Source: Callorhinchus milii (Eukaryota). Taken from it: a stretch of 64,000 nt of DNA. Location: the NCBI RefSeq assembly GCF_018977255.1, contig NW_024704755.1:124001-188000 (forward strand), written 5' to 3'. How positions within the stretch are numbered: the stretch's first letter is position 1; the number at the start of each line of letters is the position of its first letter. A program made the position numbers and the translations under genes. A model generated the notes under the pieces. It did no database searches. It was given only the letters and a program-made list of their open reading frames with translations, and had not been told where the DNA came from. Shown here piece by piece: positions 58,701 to 64,000 of the stretch.

Positions 58701-61700
58701 GCATCGGGGTCCACCATTGTTAAGCTCTGGGACGCCCCCCTGTGTGGAGGGTTCTATATAAATGCAAGTTGTTGTTGTCAGGGGAAGCAGTGGACGTGTT
58801 ATTAAATTCTCCCGGGAAGGGAGCTATGGGGTTTCCTGTGCATGGAATAAAATATTTTAAATTGAAATGAAACCCAAGTTTATAGTGTGCACATTTCTCT
58901 CTATTTATGTGGGGTTAATCTGTTATAAAAATAAATGCAGATCCCTTCATTGGTTCCAATGGAATGCCCAGGATTATTAAATGATCAATTGGACAGGTTT
59001 TAGGCCAAAATCACTTTTATTTTCCTATAATTCCTATGACAAATGAGATAGAAAGTTAATGAATCGTCAGGAGATGGCTCTCTTGTTCACTTGTTGCGTA
59101 AGGAAGTACTGTTGGGGAAATTTGAAGATTATAATTTTGAGAGTAGGTAAGATAGGTGAAAGGGTTGCAATGTCATGACGTCTGCTATTTAATATAACCT
59201 GCAACAAAAATCCCCTAACCTTGTATTGCCGAATGGCATAGAAATGTGTGCTGGTTCAGTACTTTTCCTTGTCTTGCCTCGCCTTGCCTCGAAGCATTTG
59301 TATGCCTCTCATATTGATGCACAGACATTTGATGTTGAATTCTTATAGCCAATAAAATATGTCTTGCCAAGTTAAATTGTTAGTCAACTTTCACATTATG
59401 ATTTTGTTCTTGTTTGGATGATTTTTATTTTTTTAGAAAAAGTTTTGTAATGGAAGCCAGTGGTCCCTTTGCCGATAAAACTTCCCTTTTAGATTGAAAA
59501 ATATGTGTGGAGAAGTGAGGATATGCTTCAATATCATGCCAGTCATGGAACGTTTTCAACTACAGCCTGCAATTTGTTGCAGCTGTGTGTGCACTGCACA
59601 ATGGTAACAGTCCTAATAAAGACTAGGTATAGGGATTGATAGAGCTTCAAATGCACTTGTACCACAATCCAGCTGTTTGTGCTGTTGGGTTGGTCATGGG
59701 AACAGTAACATGAGGAAATGTGGAGAGTTCCACAGCTGGGAGTGGCTCGATGCCCTGTTGTCTTTTCTGTCACTTGTGGGTACTGCTCTCTTCTCTGCTG
59801 GTCTTTGGGACTTTGCATTGATATTCATTCATTGCAGAGTAAGGGCAGCAGCTGACCAATGTTATGTGACTCATTTGGTTCCTGGATTTCTTGATGGATA
59901 TGTTGCCCAAAGCATTTTTTGATGCCTCAGATCCTTAGAAACAATTCACCTCCTTTCTACCTCTTCCACACTACACGCAATCCATCATTAAATGTCAGTC
60001 CATCCGCATTTGGATCATTTCTGTAGTTGCTACACTTGACAGCAATTATATGTGACCTTCTTCGAGGCATTTTGATATTATGATGTGCTATAGAATACAA
60101 CTTGCTTTTTTATGAATCATTGAGTGTAAAATGCAGAGTAAGAGTGCATTAAGCTCACCCCTTTCTCTGTATCTCTCAGCCATGCAATTTAACTAACTCT
60201 CCCCAGGGACCATTTTATTCTTCTTGACACGTACTGGATAAATTACTGTCCCATCAGATTAGCCATTTGGCCATTTCATCTTCTGTCAATTTACAGATAC
60301 ATGCTCTTTATTCAAACTAGTTCATTGACATTACACCTTTGTTCAGTCACCTGTACAGATACTGTCTGGAAAATTGGCTCCAGTAGATCTTTATACAAAT
60401 TTCACTCATAAAATAAAAAACTGTTTCTTATTGAAGTGAAAGTGGGTGTGGGAGGAAGTTTTTTTTTTTTTGCTCCTCCGCCTCTTACGACTCCCTTCTC
60501 ATTGAATGTGTGATCTTGGATTTGTAAAGAGTCTATATGTACAAGTCTGGCACAAGGTCCAGTTAGTTCCTTTTCTTTCTTATGAACGTTTCTTTGTGAA
60601 ATGAACGTCTAAAAAGCACAAAATGTTTTTGTGTTTGTATTTCACTGTAGGCATGCACACGTTTGAGAATCCTCAGGGTTTCCAGTTTGCAGCACACAAG
60701 ACCTTAGTGGTTTTAAGGAAGATGAATTTAATAATGTTAGCCACACGGCTTATCAGTACAAAGCATTGGAATATTTCATAGCACTTGTCGAGCTAGGACC
60801 GCCAGTGGATAAGGCTTGGCTTATAGAGTTTATGAGTCACAGACTGGTCAAGCCTAACGACTGGAATTATTGCAGAGCTGCTCTGCTTTGGCACGTCTGC
60901 TTAGAGCCATTAATTTCAGGGAGACCCTACTTACTGCTCAACAATACTCGATCAATTGATGATATTTCAACAAGGAATTAGACAAAATAATTGTCCTTGA
61001 GGATCTGGAGCTCTGGTGCTAACTGATCTCACTTTTAGCCGGCAAGTAGAGCCCCCCAAGAAAGAGGCAGCACCCGGTGGTGTGAAGCGGGCAGATGAGT
61101 GGAAAGACCCCTGGCGCCGATCCAAATCACCGAAAAAGAGACCTGTCTCAACCACATCGCCAAGCCGCGGGCGCCGGCGGAGGCGAGCATCGGGGTCATC
61201 TGTTTCAGGGTCTGTCTCGTCGAGGTATGTGGAGTCGTGGCTAACCTTCAGGGTGTCGTTAAGAGATTTGATCTTCAGCCAAACTTTCTCCAATGTTGTA
61301 ATGTCTGTCACATGTGGAAGCATGTTTGACCTGGCTAGCTTCTCCTTTTATTCCTTCCCAAACTTTCTTTGAGGTCTTGTTTCCATTTTAATGTATAGCC
61401 ACTGTCTCCTCTACAATCAGTTCCATTCTATTGCAAACCCCTGAGCATGTATTGTGAATAGCTAGTTGTTTTACAATGAGAAAAAAACAACCAATTCTTG
61501 TTGGGTGGTTGCATGCGTACTGTGTAGTGTGTATACTATCATTTTGCATTCGGTTTTGCTGCGTGTGTGTGTGTGAATACTGCAGTGGTGTGTGTGTGAA
61601 CAATGCAGTGTTGTGCTTGTGTGTGTATGAACGCTGCAGTGTTGTGTGTATGCGTGTGTGAATACTACAGTGTTGTGTGCATATGTGTACTTCAGTTTTG

Positions 61701-63557
61701 TGTGTGTGTGTGCATATGTGTTGGGTGTGTGCATATGTGCACTGCAGTGTTGTGTGTGTGTGCATANNNNNNNNNNNNNNNNNNNNNNNNNNNNNNNNNN
61801 NNNNNNNNNNNNNNNNNNNNNNNNNNNNNNNNNNNNNNNNNNNNNNNNNNNNNNNNNNNNNNNNNNNNNNNNNNNNNNNNNNNNNNNNNNNNNNNNNNNN
61901 NNNNNNNNNNNNNNNNNNNNNTGTGTGCATATGTGTACTGCAGTGGTGTGTGTGTGGGTGTACTGCAGTGGTGTGTGTGTGTGTGTGGGTGTACTGCAGT
62001 GGTGTGTGGGTGTGGGTGTACTGCAGTGGTGTGCGCGCGTGTGTACCGCAGTGGTGTGTGTACCGCAGTGGTGTGTGTGTGCGTGTGTACCGCAGTGGTG
62101 GGTGTCTGTGTGTACTGCAGTGGTGGGTGTCTGTATATGTGTACTGCAGTGGTGTGTGTCTGTATATGTGTACTGCAGTGGTGTGTGTCTGTATATGTGT
62201 ACTGCAGTGGTGTGTGTGTACTGCCGTGGTGTGTGTGTACTGCCGTGGTGTGTGTGTACTTCCGTGGTGTGTGTGTACTGCCGTGGTGTGTGTGTGTGTA
62301 CTGCCGTGGCGTGTGTGTGTACTGCCGTGGCGTGTGTGTGTGTACTGCCGTGGCGCGTGTGTGTGTATGAGTACTGCCGTGGCGCGTGTGAGTACTGCGG
62401 TGGTGCGCGTGTATGTGAGTACAGGGCGAAACCTTGGGCAAGTTTCCTTACTCCACACGCCTAATAATAATTTCCAAAACAATAATAAATTAGTCATTTT
62501 CACTCTACGACTGTTTGTGGGACATTGCTGTGTGCAATTGGCTGCCGCGTTCGCCCACAAATATACAGTCAATTCACTTTACAGTATATTCTGTGAAGCG
62601 CTTTGGGACGTCCTCCCGACGTGAAAAGCGCTATATCAAATGCAAGGATTATTATTATTATTACTGCCGTGGCGCGTGTGTGTGAGTACTGCAGTGTTGC
62701 ATGTGTGTACTGCTATATTGGAATGGGTGGATATGTAGTGCCATTGTTGGGTCTGGTGTGCGCATGCCGCCATTCTGTGTGTGTGCGCTGCTGTGATGGA
62801 CTTAAACTGAGGTCCCATCTGTTTCTGTTGAAGTGGATGTTAAAGATCCCTCAACGCTGTTGGAAAAGAGTGTTCGGGCCAATAATCATCCAAGTTGGTG
62901 GTTTACTTCATGTCTGTTTGTGGGACATTGTGTGTACATACTGGCTGCTGTGTTTGCCTATAAATACACATCACTATACAATAAATTCTGTGAAGTTCTT
63001 TGAGAGATCTTGATAACATGATAAGGCTTTATATCACATACAAAGTTTATTATTTAAATGTTTTAATATTGGGTGAATGTAGGAATTAGGGTTGAGGATG
63101 CCAGGGCCACGTCCAACTTGGGAAGAGAAGAGGGAGTGTGAGAAAGCATATTGTACATAACTGAGTAAATGCCTAGAAATATCTACTCGCTCCTGAGAGT
63201 GCTACTGACTGAGCCGAGATGACCTTTTGTGCAGCCTTGCTGTATGCAAAATGGCTGCCACTTTTGCCCACTATTATAGTCATTACATTTGCCTGCAATT
63301 ACCTTTGAGAATTTTGTAACTGCTAGGTGCTATTTTGAAGGCGAGGAGTTTTGCACTATAGTGTTCTGTGTTACAATTATAAAGCGAAAGCTACATTTGC
63401 CCATGTTAATGTTTTTCAGGTCTTCATCTCGTTCTTCTTCCTACTCAGCATCTGGCTCCTCCAGGTCACGGTCGAGGTCCCACTCAAGATCTTCTTCTTA
63501 TAGCTCCTACTCCAGCCATTCCTCCAGACACAGCTCCTATTCAGGCAGCAGATCAAG
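34720..63557 (+). CDS. ZC3H18: Zinc finger CCCH domain-containing protein 18, 5' portion (continues beyond the window)
   Basis: Coding exons: 34720-35439, 36663-36747, 39407-39555, 41910-42002, 42150-42301, 45542-45653, 46154-46407, 61039-61224, 63420-63557; phases compatible. Acidic N-terminus ([12 protein letters not shown]), [11 protein letters not shown] motif, CCCH finger [48 protein letters not shown]-rich coil, [17 protein letters not shown]-rich tract. Confidence 0.95.
35945..36110 (+). mobile_element. CR1 RT relic
   Basis: [13 protein letters not shown] and LDFQKA..KVP-like segments. Confidence 0.5.
37700..38236. mobile_element. Non-autonomous Tc1/mariner (Tigger/pogo-like) element
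   Basis: TA|CAGTAAAACTCATA ... TATGACTTTTGCTG|TA imperfect TIRs with TA TSD; internal inverted repeat. Confidence 0.55.
38290..38926 (-). mobile_element. SINE (minus) split by an L2 3' fragment (plus, ~38480-38850)
   Basis: SINE tail and core at 38290-38470, tRNA head at 38851-38926. They flank an L2 end with a (TTG)n tail. Confidence 0.75.
40490..40797 (+). mobile_element. L2 3' end
   Basis: [17 protein letters not shown] plus (TTG)n tail. Confidence 0.8.
40839..40853 (+). other. ZC3H18: Candidate 15-nt in-frame microexon (ETQML) in ZC3H18
   Basis: CTAAC branch point at 40811, long pyrimidine tract, CAG acceptor, TTG|GTAAGT donor. Phase 0/0 matches the host intron. Confidence 0.45.
41395..41850 (+). 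mobile_element. Degenerate L2 3' end
   Basis: IQNSAA-like, LHWLP-like and [10 protein letters not shown] segments plus tail. Confidence 0.7.
43009..43041 (+). other. ZC3H18: Candidate 33-nt in-frame microexon ([10 protein letters not shown]) in ZC3H18
   Basis: Acceptor TGCACCAG, donor CGG|GTAAGA, phase 2/2 matching the host intron, no stop codon. TGCATG downstream at 43124. Confidence 0.55.
43530..44560 (+). mobile_element. L2 LINE 3' fragment
   Basis: [46 protein letters not shown] and a (TTG)n tail. Confidence 0.92.
44560..44745 (-). mobile_element. SINE 3' half, tail-to-tail with an L2
   Basis: Same core and tail, reverse complemented. Confidence 0.8.
46495..46990 (+). mobile_element. 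CR1-type LINE 3' relic
   Basis: [27 protein letters not shown] and the tail GCCATGATCTAATTGAAT..GGCGGAACAGGCTTGAAGGCTGAATAGCCTATTCCTGTTCCT. Confidence 0.75.
50980..51650 (-). mobile_element. L2 LINE 3' fragment
   Basis: [21 protein letters not shown]...IQNSAARVL plus tail. Confidence 0.88.
52120..52590 (-). mobile_element. L2 3' end interrupted by the U2 fragment
   Basis: [17 protein letters not shown]...[10 protein letters not shown]. Confidence 0.75.
52222..52259 (+). pseudogene. 3'-truncated U2 snRNA fragment (nt 1-38)
   Basis: TTCACTTCTCAGCCTTTTGGCTAAGATCAAGTGTAGTA matches 35/38 positions of the U2 5' end; two mismatches are CpG decay. Confidence 0.9.
52654..52878. repeat. ~48-49-bp minisatellite, ~5 copies
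   Basis: CACTGGG.TGGTATA..GTGTAAC.TGCCTGTTATTAGGTTGGATGG units. Confidence 0.85.
54226..54619 (+). mobile_element. tRNA-derived SINE, full length, longer subfamily
   Basis: Head GTGGAGTCCTGTAGCTCAGTGGTTAGAGC through the ATGCAAGGATTATTA tail. Confidence 0.88.
55650..55932 (+). mobile_element. L2 3' end
   Basis: TLWSSIP segment plus GTCCTCCCGACATGAAAGG and (TTG)n tail. Confidence 0.7.
56739..57511 (-). mobile_element. Solo LTR (773 bp)
   Basis: TGTTAGAA...TTCTAACA inverted termini with a GCAC 4-bp TSD on both sides. On the minus strand, a TATAAG box at ~57110 and AATAAA at 56791; CCAAT at 57127. Confidence 0.85.
58495..58778 (+). mobile_element. L2 3' end
   Basis: Similar to 40490-40797. 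Confidence 0.7.
61560..62420. repeat. GT-rich satellite (GTACTGCAGTGGTGTG) containing an assembly gap at 61767-61921
   Basis: Tandem units and a run of N. Confidence 0.92.
62423..62662 (+). mobile_element. 5'-truncated SINE inserted in a GT-rich satellite
   Basis: GGGCGAAACCTTGGGCAAG... to (TTA)n; the satellite resumes after it. Confidence 0.85.
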
Positions 63558-64000
63558 GTAGGACCCGAAGTTGCAGCCCCATGAGAGTACACAACACCTA
63601 GGGTATGACCTTCAGTTTGGACAGTTCTCTCCGTCCCACCTACCCTCCGTATTTTTATCCCTGCATATCTTTCTGTCGCCAATAAACCAAGTTGGTACAT
63701 CCAGGAGTCCTCCGCTGGCTTCTGGATGCCCAGAATAATGTGCCTCTGAATTTCTCTTCCAACCAACTGCATAGTTCTTGTGACAAGCTTGATATGAGGC
63801 ACAATATATGAGAACTGTGACTCTAAGGCACGTGTAGTAAATCAGAGTATGCGAGCTTGTCTTTTTCTCCACGTGCTGAGTTTCAGGTCTCTACTCAAAC
63901 CATCTAGAGAGGAAGTGAGTGAGATGAGGTGGGGGAGGGAAATGGTTGCAGTGCCACTGCTTCATGTCCCCCACCTCGCTCGCCCCACTATTGGCAGGCG

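Overview
Vertebrate genomic DNA, most likely a cartilaginous fish (inferred from the tRNA-head/Deu-like/L2-tail SINE and the shark-type CR1 tail; a chimaera is plausible). Manual splicing gives five intron-containing genes syntenic with human 16q24.3. Minus strand: CDH15 (M-cadherin, 14 exons, ~785 aa), ACSF3 (9 coding exons, ~592 aa) and TRAPPC2L (5 exons, 139 aa, one U12-type intron). Plus strand: GALNS (14 exons, ~565 aa) and the 5' part of ZC3H18, which runs off the right edge. Introns hold many G/T-rich minisatellites, SINEs, L2 and CR1 relics, a solo LTR, a Tc1/mariner-type MITE, a Penelope-like palindrome and a U2 fragment. Most listed ORFs are repeat artefacts. Best leads: (1) the TRAPPC2L and GALNS start codons are only 34 nt apart, with mirror TISU/YY1 elements around a CLEAR-like E-box; (2) a 13-copy array of the ACSF3 splice acceptor; (3) two in-frame candidate microexons in ZC3H18; (4) a diverged duplicate of the ACSF3 5' region upstream of an unidentified exon; (5) repeat strand polarity that tracks transcription direction. 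All calls were made by eye; no alignments or searches were run.
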